Positions 48,283 through 60,933 of a stretch of DNA of 64,000 nucleotides are shown here, one piece after another. The stretch is from Blepharisma stoltei ATCC 30299. Its lineage: Eukaryota > Protista > Ciliophora. Location: NCBI GenBank assembly GCA_965603825.1, contig CBFDEM010000018.1:496001-560000 (forward strand), in the 5' to 3' direction. A program made the translations under genes and the position numbers. The stretch's first letter is position 1, and every line of letters starts with the position of its first letter. The notes under the pieces are model-generated. The model saw only the letters and a list, made by a program, of their open reading frames with translations, ran no database searches and was not told the DNA's origin.

Positions 48283-49266
48283 TTAAACTTTAATAGATTT
48301 AAAATCTACCAAAGGCATTGCTAATTCATTTTTTCCCTTAAGCAATTGCCTTTTATCTGTTTTCCTATTCCTTGCAGATGATATAGAAACAATGGTATTT
48401 CCAATAATTACAATAATTCCTCCCATTCATGTGTAAATTGAAGGAATACCTTCTATCCCAACACATCACCCAATAAATGATCCTATTAAAGGTTGAAAAT
48501 TCATAAATACAGATATCACCAATGCTGGTATATGCTTAATGAGATGTGTAAAAGCAGCATTGCCCAATGCCCCTGGGATTAAACCTAAATACATAGCCAT
48601 AAGTCAATCATCGGTATAAATTCATTGAATTCCTGCAATTGGCTCATCTCCAGAAATAAGAGCACATATATAAGATATTATTGCTGCCTGCAAATTTACT
48701 ATAGCAAGATAAGTTCATAAGGGAGCTTCACTCGTCATAACTGTCTTGTTAATTAAAATATAAATCGCCAATGCAATTGCACAGCCAAAAGCTAGAGCAT
48801 CTCCATATCAGCTTGAACTCTCACTTCCTTTGCTTTCAAAAATGCACACTGAAAGCCCCAAAAAGCCTACAGCAACTCCTAAAATTTCAAAAACAGAAAT
48901 TTTTTCGCACTTAAAAAAGAAAATAGCGACTATAACTAAAGGACTTGCTGATAAAAATAATAAAGAGTGTGAAACAGAAGTCAGATTTAAGCTGACACAC
49001 CACAGACAAAATAAAGCAGCAAGACAAATCCCAGATATTCTGGAGACTGGCCAAAATCTGATTATCATCTGTTTAGATTCTTGCCAATTGTTAAAGCATT
49101 CAAAGAAGCCTGGAATAAATTGAAATAGAGCTGTTAGTTGTAAACGCCAACAAGACTTCATATAAGGAGAAACTGATACTATTTTTTCAAATGCTGCAGC
49201 AGCTGATGATCCAGCAGCAATTGCAAGAAATAGAGTTGTATAATATAAAATGACCCTTATTGACAT
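48283..49266 (-). CDS. EamA/DMT-family transporter, six UGA-Trp
   Basis: TSVSHSLLFLSASP, W(TGA)YGDALAF, NFQPLIGSFIGW; ~10 TM helices once TGA=W. Confidence 0.85.
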
Positions 49267-49912
49267 TTTTATAAATATTATTTTATTTTTAGCAACATTT
49301 ACGAGCGAATGCATTACTTTCTTTACATTTTGAAAAATACTAATCAAAGAAATTTATGATGCCTAATAGATTTGATTCAGATAATTCGAAATCATCTTCA
49401 GTTTCTTTATCTTGGAATTTTTGCAAGTAATCCAGAATTGTCATTCAGAAGGTTAATTTATTGGAAAAAATTGTTCCAATTTAAAGGAGGAGAATTTAGT
49501 TAAAATAAGAATGCTAGAAGAACAAAATACTTCCCTTAAAGAAGAAATATAGCATTGCAGCAAAGAATTAAAGAAATGAGAAAATTAGGCGTTTCTTCTA
49601 AGAAAAATCAATAATAAGATTTTAATAAATAGTCTGAAAATTATTTTTATGAAAATGCTAGCTGAAAAAGATGAAAACAAAATGCAAATAGAGCCAAATA
49701 TGCATCATTGCTATTATTTGCAATATTTTTTGAAATTAAAGCATGGATTTAAAATTTAAATTATGTTCAATTTCTATTTTCATCTCTTTATATTTTTAAT
49801 CGCTAGCATTATTCTTTGTTGACTATTCTAATTCTCACTGTTGTGCCCTTCTTCAATATAATTTGCAATTAAAAATTAATAAATTATTGATTCAAATGTT
49901 TTCAAAAAATAT

Positions 49913-49986
49913 CGTCTCGAAAATTCTAGTAATCAGAAATAAATAGAAAATAATATTTTTATAAAAATCTGAAATCTGATTGGCTG
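49913..49986. promoter_or_regulatory. Imperfect heat-shock element plus inverted CCAAT box upstream of polyubiquitin
   Basis: cGTCtcGAAaaTTCtaGTAa (shares GAAAATTCTAG with the Hsp90 HSE) and CTGATTGGCT. Confidence 0.5.
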
Positions 49987-50030
49987 CTCCTTCATATTTA
50001 AAGTTTCTCTGAGGAGCCCTGCTATAATAA

Positions 50031-50960
<930 letters not shown>

Positions 50961-51561
50961 TACTTATTATAATTTCTTTTATGCAAAATTATTAAATATA
51001 TCATTTAAAAATGGAATTTAGATAACAGATTGTAATTGATCTATTATCTGAAGATACTTGAAAATAGACTATCAGCAGTGCAATTAACAGATTTTAATGC
51101 TATTTTGCAGTTATTTAAATTAATGCTACCAATTGAGTGAATAGCTTGATAGCAAAAAAAGAAGTAGCCAGAATAAGTGTCTTGCGTGTTTTTCCCGTAC
51201 TTCAAAGTAAATTTTATCTAAAATGGTGATAAAACCAGTTAATGATTGATAATCCTGTAAATATTGTTATAGATTATTCCTTTACTTAAATCTATTTTTA
51301 TTTTGATATAGATATAATTGAAGTATAGATATTCAAATGATAAATGTTCTTTAAAGATCCACCTTAATGCATATGTGCAATATTTTTTATTGTTTTGATA
51401 TTTAAGCTAAGTTCTTTATTCTTTATTATAGATATTAAAACTTAAATGCAAGATAATAAATTTTATTAGCAATCTGATAAGTTATGCTTAGATAAAACTT
51501 ATGCTTTCAGATCCCAGGCAGTAAATAATAAAAATGTCTAATATAATTCTATAAATTTATT

Positions 51562-53615
51562 ATGATGGAAGAGCTTAAAAAAGCAGTTTATATTCTTGCA
51601 ACACTCAGTCAACATATAGAATTTCCTTTCGAAAATCAAGGCTTAAGCAGAATTATTAAAAATGCTTTTACCTCAGGCATTGATAATGAAAGCCTAAGAA
51701 GATTAATAGGATTAAGCCAAAGCAGCGCCTTTCCTTATGTAAGAGAAATTATTAGATCCCAGAAATGAGAAGATATTTTTGCTTCGCCAAACAAATTGTT
51801 TCAACCATTTCAAGCTTCTGACATGCCTAAAAAAATTGGAAAAGTTGCATTTTTTATTACTTGCACTAATAAAGATTATATAGAGGAAATAGAAGGCTAC
51901 ACTTTAGTTGTAAAACTTTTTCTACCTGCAGGGATTTTAATATGTAAATACGGAGAAGAATGAAAGAATTGTTCATCTCAGATAATAGATATAAATGATA
52001 AGCCTAAAAGCACTTCTATGATTTTTGGCTTTGCTAAAAACTGAGCAGAGATTCCCGAAAATGAAGAAACGGCAGAAAATAAAATGGAAAAAGTTGAAGA
52101 TAAAGAAACAAGAACAGAAACAATTGAAAATAACCCTGAATATTTTGAAGAAAACGATACTAAAAATATAAACGCGGATCAAATAAATGAAAAATTCAAA
52201 CAATTAGAAGAAGAATTATTTAAATGCAAACAAAGCAATGAATGTCTCAAAGCTGAACTAAAAAAAGTAAAACTAGAAAATAAATAGCATGCAATGATAT
52301 TAGTGAAGTAAAAGCAATGACGGAGGATGTGAAAAATTATTTGAATAAAAAAATAGATGAAATTAGTATGGATTTAAAAGAAAGCTTAAATTGTTTAAAA
52401 GAAGGACAGGATAAATGTCAAAAATTTATGGAAAATGTCCTTGAAAATTGTCAAAGTAATTTAAATCAACTTAAGTCTTACAAAAATGACTTCACTAGCT
52501 CAAAAAGTGAACCAAAAAAGAAAAATGACGATTTTTCTTTATCTTTTAATGTTGTTTCTGATTATTTTCAATACATCAATAAAACTGTTCAAGATTACAT
52601 CCAAAAATACAATGAACTGGAAATTAAATACAATTCATTAGTAGATATGTGCAATAAAATAATAATTGAGACTAATAACAAACACTCATCATTAGAGGCG
52701 AAAATTAGTGAAATCGAAGAAAAGACCAAAAAAATTTCAATACCAAATGGAAATGAATTAATTTCAAGCCCGAAAAATGATCCTGACTCAAGAAATATGA
52801 ATAAAAACCCTCCAAAGAGAAAAAAAAAGGGGTTAATCAATATAGGTAACAGTTGTTATATGAATTCAGCTTTACAGATCTTTGCAAGTGTTCCAAGTTT
52901 CATCGAAAATATAAGAAACATTGAAAATGACTTGTTTTATTGTTTAGGTGACATACTATCGTCGATAACAGATCCCTATTCTATAAAAATAGACGAAAAA
53001 TTAAAAAAACTAAGAAGCTTGCTTGCCAACAAATACCCTATGGTAATTTATATTTAGTTTGGTGGAAATACAGAAAATGATTGCAAAGAATTATATGTTA
53101 TCATAATAAATTTATTTATGGAACTTTACCAAAGCGAAATGTTTTTAATAAACAAAAACCAAGCGATAATTTGTGAAAGTAACCACAGGTTAGAATTATC
53201 TGAACATCAACTATTTTTAACTATAACTGATAATGAATTGTCAATTAAAGAGTGGCTAAATCAGCTTGAAAATGAAAAAACAATATTTCATGGAGATAAT
53301 AATTTATTTTGTGAAACTTGTGGGCAGAGATCCGATTCAGAGATGGTGACAGAAAGCATTGAGCCTCATGAAATTTTAGCTTTTTATAATGCTAAAAGTA
53401 AAAACCCGATTGAAAATATTCCTGATTTTGTATCCTTAGGGGAAAATCAGTATGAAATCTTTGGAATAATTTGGTACAATAGAAGCCACTACATAGCTTA
53501 TACAAGAGAAGAGGGAATTTGAAATGAATACAATGATAGCTATGTCACAACAAATAAGCATCCAAATCCAAAAAATATCTATATGCTTTTTTATAAAAAA
53601 GTTATAATTAATTAG
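51562..53615 (+). CDS. USP-family deubiquitinase A (N-terminal degenerate domain + coiled coil + minimal USP); frame break at ~52285; intron 53043-53057
   Basis: GLINIGNSCYMNSALQ (Cys at 52854), ENDCKE, CETC, RSHYIAY...W(TGA)NEYNDS, YMLFYKK. Confidence 0.82.
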
Positions 53616-54149
53616 TTTTTACTTTATTAAGTTTTCAATTTAGTTGTGTTAATTTTAAATTTAATTTATTTTTCCTTGAATGTGTAGACAGCTGAAGAAA
53701 TTACAGCTATAATATTCCCGAACAGAAACTAAATGACTAATTCTACTTCTAAACACTTTTATAATGTATTCACCTAAAAGATTTTAATATTTAATAAAGC
53801 TATATGCCTTTAATCTTATGCAAGGGAAAGCTAACCCTAGTCAGTCTATTTGACGTAAAGAGCGGTAAGCCAATTGCTATGTTCTCTACAGAAATGACTC
53901 TTATGTCTCTAGAATTTTCAATTTTTGGCCAACATATATTTTTAGTAGAAACAATAAAAGGAGTGGGGACTTCTTCTTATTTTCAAAGCTCTGTATTTAA
54001 GGCAAGTGAAGCAGCCTTTCATTTTTCAGCTATAAATTAAGTTTATTATAATTAAATCCAATTCCAGCTTTATCACTTTAATTATTATGAATATCTGTAT
54101 AAATATTTATTTTAAACTTTTAAATAATATAAATCAGAACGATGCTATT

Positions 54150-55492
54150 CAAAATACAAGAGAAAATAATATTTGAGATTTTAATAGTATAGAGCTGAAT
54201 TTTTTACTGGGAATTGTAATAAATAGGTTTGCTTCAGGTACTTTTGCAATGTGATTACAAACATGACAATTCAAAGTTTGCTTATATAAGATTGTAAATA
54301 AAGGATCTACATAAGTTAATTCTGATAATTTTCCTATGAGGATGACCATTAATTCTTTAGAGTCCTGCTGAGTAAAATTTCCAAGCTATATAAAGATTAC
54401 CCAAGGGAATTCTGCATCAAGTTGATATTTAAAAGAACTTATAAGCTTATGAGTATCATTAGATAGGTTTTCTAATACTCAATATAGAGACGATAAAGTA
54501 GAAAATAATCCATATTCCAAAATCTGGATTTTTTTATAAAATTCATTATTGCTTGCAAGTGCTTGGAGGAGAGAATTAAGATAGCATGTATTTTCTATAT
54601 TAGGATCTGATTTTTTTTGGTCAAAAATTAATGGATAGTTTATAACCTGGGGAGGTATTATTGGTTCAATTTTTTTAAATAATAATTTGAAAAATTTTGG
54701 TTATATTGCATTAAGATTTGGATTTCTTGCTTTAGAATTTGAATTTTAGTCTTGTGTTTTTAGATTTTGCCTGTAGAGTTGCATTAAATACTTCTGAGGA
54801 CTGATATTTATCTATTAGTATATGGTAATTTTTTAATAATTTATCTATTTCTTCAAGCAATTCAGCATTTTTTTGATATTCTGCTGATTGAGTCGCTGAA
54901 ATTGGCTTTAATCCCATTTTTTTACCTATTATTGTTTTAAAGAAAACTTTTCATTATCAAGGTCTTCTATATTGATTTTTGTATAAACATAAATAGTTCC
55001 TTCAATGATTACTTTTTTTTTACCGTTTGGGTTTTCACTAAGATTTTTTCATTCATCTTCAAATTTGCAATACAACTTTCTCTGTCCATTGTCGGTAAAA
55101 ATTGCTATTAATAAATAAACGATTCCATACTTTCAAAATAAGGAAATGGCTTTTCCTTGCTTAATCTTTTGAGAAAAACTAATGGTTTTTCTTTAGATAT
55201 TATTTGTTCAAAAAATGATTTTTCTTCGTCTTTTTGAGGTAGATGCATTATGCAAAGAGAGCTATATTGGTCTCTTTCGAAGTATTCTAAATTATATTGG
55301 TTAGAATATCCTCAAAAATTTTTTCCATTAGACGTTCATTGGTAAATGACAAAGAATCTTGATTTGATTCATAGTTTCTTAAGAAAGTGCCTATTTCTGA
55401 ATTTTGATCTATGCCTAGACGAGCCTTATTGCACAAAAGGATATTGATAACTGCCTTCTCAGCAAATGAAAGGGGATTTCCTTCTTAATCAT
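54150..55492 (-). pseudogene. USP paralog B, multiply frameshifted and 3'-truncated (no His box); intron 54386-54400
   Basis: PNIENTCYLNSLLQALAS, QQDSKE, LYCKFEDEW(TGA)KNLS; several frameshifts and stops. Confidence 0.75.
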
Positions 55493-55636
55493 AGAATTAT
55501 TTTAAGAATCTATAAATTATAAAAGTATAGAAATATGGAGAAAAAAAAATAACTCAAATCCTTTGTGTAAATAATTTTTGACAGAAATTAATAAAAATTG
55601 TCTGTTTTTTATGTGTAGCTAATGTGCCTATTTTTT

Positions 55637-56344
55637 CTAACATCCCTTGAGCTGCTGTAGCACACGAATGACGCAGTTATCAGTAAATCTTAATTGTTCC
55701 AAAGTAGCAGTTCCTTGAGTGACTATACTCAAATACTTATTCCCAAAAATCACATATGTTGTACCACCTCCAAACATTTGCACAAATTGGTTGTGAAGCT
55801 GAGCATAAGTCCACGAGCTATTTACTTGTATTTTGTGCTGTTGGCCGTTCATCTCTTCTACTCTTATCGTCAAATTCTTCATCTGCTGTAGCACACGAAT
55901 GACGCAGTTATCAGTAAATCTTAATTGTTCCAAAGTAGCAGTTCCTTGAGTGACTATACTCAAATACTTATTCCCAAAAATCACATATAATTCACCACCT
56001 CCAAACATTTGCACAAATTGGTTGTGAAGCTGAGCATAAGTCCACGAGCTGTTTACTTGTATTGTGCGCTGTTGGCCGTTCATATCTTCTACTCTTATCG
56101 CCAAGTTCTTCATCTGCTGTAGCACACGAATGACGCAGTTATCAGTAAATCTTAATTGTTCCAAAGTAGCAGTTCCTTGAGTGACTATACTCAAATACTT
56201 ATTCCCAAAAATCACACATAATTCACCACCTCCAAACATTTGCACAAATTGGTTGTGAAGCTGAGCATAAGTCCACGAGCTATTTACTTGTATTTTGTGC
56301 TGTTGGCCGTTCATATTTTCTACTCTTATTGTCAAATTCGACAT
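55637..56344 (-). CDS. Tri-ubiquitin-like protein: three near-identical 77-aa beta-grasp units ending LKGC
   Basis: 231-nt tandem repeats; LTIRVENMNGQ..IQV...T..QL...VIFGNKYL...TLEQLRFTDNCVIRVL follows the ubiquitin-fold pattern. Confidence 0.82.
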   Translation of the reverse strand: MSNLTIRVENMNGQQHKIQVNSSWTYAQLHNQFVQMFGGGELCVIFGNKYLSIVTQGTATLEQLRFTDNCVIRVLQQMKNLAIRVEDMNGQQRTIQVNSSWTYAQLHNQFVQMFGGGELYVIFGNKYLSIVTQGTATLEQLRFTDNCVIRVLQQMKNLTIRVEEMNGQQHKIQVNSSWTYAQLHNQFVQMFGGGTTYVIFGNKYLSIVTQGTATLEQLRFTDNCVIRVLQQLKGC

Positions 56345-56479
56345 TTAATTATTATAAGGAACTGAGATTTGTGAAAATAATTGTAGAATCTTAATGAAAT
56401 AAGTTCTTTTATAAGTAAATAAGGAAAAGATAATTATTAAAATGAGAAAACTGCAAATAAGGGCAGCAATAGAATTAAT

Positions 56480-56650
56480 AAAGAATTAGAAGTATATGGA
56501 TTAATATGCTAGTATGGGAATTCGTGATGGGCATTATTCGAAATATGCACGGGATACTAAAAATTGGACTGAGTATAGTGATAAAGGTGTAATAAATCTA
56601 GTGACGGCAGCATTGATGTGGCATGTGGAGATTTTGCCTTTTATATAAGG
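56480..56650 (+). pseudogene. Relic USP His-box fragment
   Basis: ELEVYGLIC*..., DGHYSKYARDTKNWTEYSDKGV, FAFYIR in shifting frames. Confidence 0.6.
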
Positions 56651-56963
56651 GCAGGAGATCTCAAATAGGAATAATGATTATGAAAGAAAATAATATTCAC
56701 AAATATTAATTGTACCTAAGGAGTTATAAATTGAAAAGTATTCCAGAAGATAAGCAAAGATAAATTCTATAAATTAATCTAGCAATATCATTTATTTTAT
56801 TTAGGATTCTATAATAATATTAATATAGCTTTTGGACTCTTAAAAGTTGTAGGCGGCAGGCTCTTGAAAGGTCCAGCTGATAAATCTTGAAAATTGCATA
56901 CTTCTCTTTGTGATTCTCGCTCACTACAGCCTTAATTGTTTATAAAAAAGCATTCCAAAGTTT

Positions 56964-58285
56964 AAAAATATAAAACAAAGCCATCAGGACAAAGAAAAAC
57001 CAATATCATCCAGGATTGTTGATATTTTATCAAAAAATAATAAATTCTTTAAGATCTTCAATTTATATCAGATAACCACGTGCGCAAAAATCGCTGAAAA
57101 TCTTAAAAGAGAATCAATAAACAGATTTGAAATCACTTCTTTTCCCCCATTGAGCTTGGAAAACCTGGAACTAATGCCATAGTGGAGGCAGAAAATCGAA
57201 ATTGATATGATAAAATAAAAGATGATAAAATTCCGGTCTTTATTGAATGGGAAGCTGAAAAGGAAGCATTAGATTGTATTAAAACTGAAATTTTATTACG
57301 AAATAAGCCAGGAATAATTATTCTATTTTATAAAAACAATGAAGCTGCCACTAAAGAAGAGCAAAATTTACTATGGATTACGTCAAATTTAGATTCTGAG
57401 TGCTATGACTATGAAATCGAATTCAATAAAATTATTGAAACAGCAATTAATTGGGCAGAAAGTAGGAATTATCGATTGGAGCAAAAATTACTCCAAGGGT
57501 TGCCTAATATTGGAAATACTTGCTATATGAATTCTTTAATCCAAGTTTTCTGAATTATGCCTGAACTTTATGAAGTCATTAGCACCATAAATTTGCCTCT
57601 ATTTCAGCCTCTCACAAGCATACTCTGAGCATTGAAAATGAGAAATAATAATTTTAATTACAGATATTACCGGAAAAATTCCAAACTCAAATTATTGAAA
57701 ACTTTCATATGGTAGGTATCATTTATTTAGTTTACAGCCCAAAAACAGCATGATACTAAAGAGTTATTTAATGTTTTTATAGACGATGTAGTATCAAAAT
57801 TTAAAGAGCACCAAGATAAATTTGCAAATTTTATCTCTCAAAAATTTTATTGTAAAGAAGGCCATCATCCTGCAGAGAAAAAGGAAAGTCAGCTATTTTT
57901 AATCATCCCTAAAAATTATCTTGCGGAAATTGATACTTATGTAAAAAGGAATCAAAATTTTAATAATGAAAATCAGATTTGGTGTGAAACTTGCGTGAAG
58001 ATGACAGATATGCAATTAAAAGTTGAGAGCGTGGAGTATCCTTTGAATCTGACTATTTATGTTCCTGGAAATGGATCGATTGGAAAGCTGGATCATCAAA
58101 TTAAACTGAATAATGACAATTATAGATTATATGCAGTTATTTGTCATGCAGGAAGTAATTTATTTGGTCACTATTGAGCACATTTACTTAAAGATGGCAA
58201 ATGGATTGGATGTAATGACAACATTGTTCGTGAAAGCCCACCCAATTTATCAAACTGCTATATGCTCTTTTATTCTAAGAATTAA
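56964..58285 (+). pseudogene. USP paralog C: intact catalytic motifs but frameshifts (~57145, ~57670), no clear ATG and an atypical 19-nt intron (57712-57730)
   Basis: GLPNIGNTCYMNSLIQ, QHDTKE, CETC, YAVICHAGSNLFGHY...WIGCND, YMLFYSK. Confidence 0.72.
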
Positions 58286-58344
58286 TTAAGCCTCAAAATT
58301 AACTTTTATTTAAAATTTAAAGTTTTATTAATATTTATTATGAC

Positions 58345-59940
58345 CTATGAGTTTATAAAAAATGCAAGATAGCACGAACTGAAATCTGGCTGCCAGATCT
58401 TCGAGTTATTATCTAAATATTCTCTCCATGTGCATCCATCTTTTGTATATGCGACATATTTCTTCACGTTTTCTATCTCATAAAGACATTTTATTGCTCC
58501 ATATATTTCATATTTTGATCCCATATAATTAAATTCTTCAGGAAGAATGTATTGATTTCCTATTGGCAATTTTAATATTAAAAATGATCCTGTTTCAGTG
58601 TTTTCTATTGAACTGCTCACCAATTTATTTTGATTGCAAATACTGCAAAAGTCTTCACATCAAGTAGTTGTTTTTATATTTTGATCAATTTCTTCATAAA
58701 TTGGCTTATTTGTAAAATTCATAAGCTCAATTACATTTATATAGTCATTTTTTATATGCTCATGCCCAGCTCCACAATTAACTCTTGTCGTTAATATAGT
58801 TGAAAATAATTTTTGATTTGGATAATATTCATAAAGCTTATTTATAAGTCAGTTGATCACATTTTTAGGATCTTTTTCAAAATTAGTCTATATAAAATTT
58901 ACATAATAAGAGTTCTGTGCTAAAGTTATGCTAAAATCTGATAATAAATTATCGACGAAATTTTGGAAATTTGACCTTTTCATAGCATGAAATAAAATAT
59001 TTAAGCTCAGTAATGTTGGGTCCATTGGACTTTTTGATAATTCAACGAATAGAGATGAGCTGGCAAGAATCTGTAACGCTGAGGCGAGGTAGGAATTATC
59101 ATTTATATCAGAAAATCCATGTTTTTGGTCAGGAAGAAGCAAAATCATTGAGGTAAATAAATCACCATTTCCTACTGTTAGGTAAGCTTGGCTTGAACTG
59201 AGATGCTGATTTTCTGCTTGAAAGGTATAATAATTCCCTGGCTCATAATAAGCACTTCTTGATAAATTTAAATTACTTAGAACAGGCCCCTTATCTGTGC
59301 TTACTTGGCTTGAATTTTCAATAATTTGGCTGAGTCTTTTTACCTCATTTTTCAAGTCAGCCACGTCTTTTTCTAAGCATTTTATTTTTGCTGTGGTATT
59401 TTCTATATTACTTTCTATTGCCCTACCATTTCCTGGATTTTGTCCGCCCAGCACACAGCTATAGGCAATATCCCCATAATTAATAAATTCACTTATAAAG
59501 CTTTCTAACTGTATTTGGACTTCATTAGGATCATTAAGCAGTAGGATTTTTAGCAATGGGTCTTCCTCATTTGTACTTATTTCTTTTGTTGTCAAAATTT
59601 TTCTTATATATTTGTCAATTGTTCTGATTCCTGATTCTAGCGAATTTAACCCATTTTTATTGATTTCTTCAAGGTTTTTCATATTTGTAGAAACATATGA
59701 GAAGAATTGTGATTTAATATTTTTTATTTTTGATTTTTCTTCTTGAAAAGATCGCAAAATGCTTATTTGAGCTGGCTTGACAGGCTCACGATACAGATAT
59801 TCAAATCTGTGAGTTAAAGGGCTAGAATTGGAATGGGATTTTTTATGTCGTTTGCAAAAAATTAACTTTTCATCCTGGCAGTCGCAAATGTATTTAGGCT
59901 TTTCGTGGCATGATGGGATGCTACAAATATTGTAGTTCAT
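58345..59940 (-). CDS. Catalytically dead USP paralog D with N-terminal Cys/His zinc-binding domain and coiled coil; intron 58888-58902
   Basis: CSIPSC...CDC...FCKRHKKSH; Cys box reads GFSDINDNSYLASALQILAS (C to S); His box reads KKYVAY; frame otherwise intact. Confidence 0.82.
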
Positions 59941-60372
59941 GATTAAAGTTTATTAAGAAATTTTAGTTTTGATCTTATAAGAATCACTAGGAAGGCAAAC
60001 TCATAATTTAGCAATATCTTCAATCTCTCCACTGCTATTAAAAATCTTCATAAAATGCTTCAAACAGTTGAAAAAAATCAAATAATTGCAAGCTAAAACA
60101 TGTAAAAATCAATTTCCTAAAAATTTCGCTATCCTGATTTACGTCATCTAATTCTTTAGATAAACTTTGCAAAGCAATCATCCATTGCAAGTTGATGCTA
60201 TTTTTGTAAAAATTAGTATTCTTTGTTTAAATTGTGAAAAAGTAGAGATTAGACTTAAAATTCCAATATTAATCATTTGCGCTTTCATTTTTATTTGTAG
60301 ACTCAAGCCTTTAAAAGCGTAAGGTAACGAAGGATTATTTAATAAGAATTATAAAGAAATTTATAATTTTGG

Positions 60373-60800
60373 TTAATTTTTGGATTTTATAAAACCTCCA
60401 TTCACTTGCCTCAATACTTTAATGGTGCAGTTATTATTAATTCCTAACGTTGGTAGGTACATTTCCCCATTGTTAGTTAGAGAAAGGTACTTATTTTCTT
60501 TTATAATTGTCAATTCTTGGTTTCCAAAAATCTGCAAGAATCTTTCATAGAGGTGCTTAAATTGCAAATTTGAAGGAACTTGAATTGTCTGTGTATTTCC
60601 TTCATTATTTTCAATAACTATTGAAATTTGATGAGGAGCTGAAGGCTGCTCAGGAGTAGGTGGGTTAGAGTTTGGAGGCCTTTGAACACTGGCAACGCGG
60701 ATAATTGAATTATTGGTGATATTTAGCTGCTGCAATGTGAGATCTTGGGAGTTCGGGCCGATGTGTTTATTTCCATAAATGACTGTAATTTCGACTAAGT
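60373..60800 (-). CDS. Di-ubiquitin-like protein of the same UBL family, C-terminal GG + 6-aa extension; 5' end missing (possible pseudogene)
   Basis: Partial unit VEITVIYGNKH...TLQQLNITNNSIIRV, Pro-rich linker, full unit ISIVIENNEG...NKYLSL...NNCTIKVLRQVNGG-FIKSKN*; in-frame TAA upstream and no ATG. Confidence 0.65.
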
Positions 60801-60933
60801 CTTAGGGTCCTCACACTGCCTGAACGCTGCTTAAAGTCCAATTTTAATCAACTCGCGAATTTAAATTATCTTACTGAAATATAGAAACTAAGCTAAAATA
60901 AATGCATTTCTAATCAAAAATTATTATTAAAAA

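Noticed and set aside
49350-49720. Coiled-coil-like fragments upstream of polyubiquitin as another USP relic
   Set aside because: Multiple stops and no Cys/His box; cannot be assigned
53804-54040. 78-aa ORF between USP A and B
   Set aside because: No recognisable motif; the opposite strand looks equally like decayed coding sequence
57146-57480. N-terminal part of USP C as a degenerate small-GTPase fold
   Set aside because: Only a vague beta/alpha pattern; no P-loop or G-box motifs
60795-60810. TTAGGG as a possible telomere-addition site
   Set aside because: Single hexamer; no tandem telomeric repeat anywhere in the window
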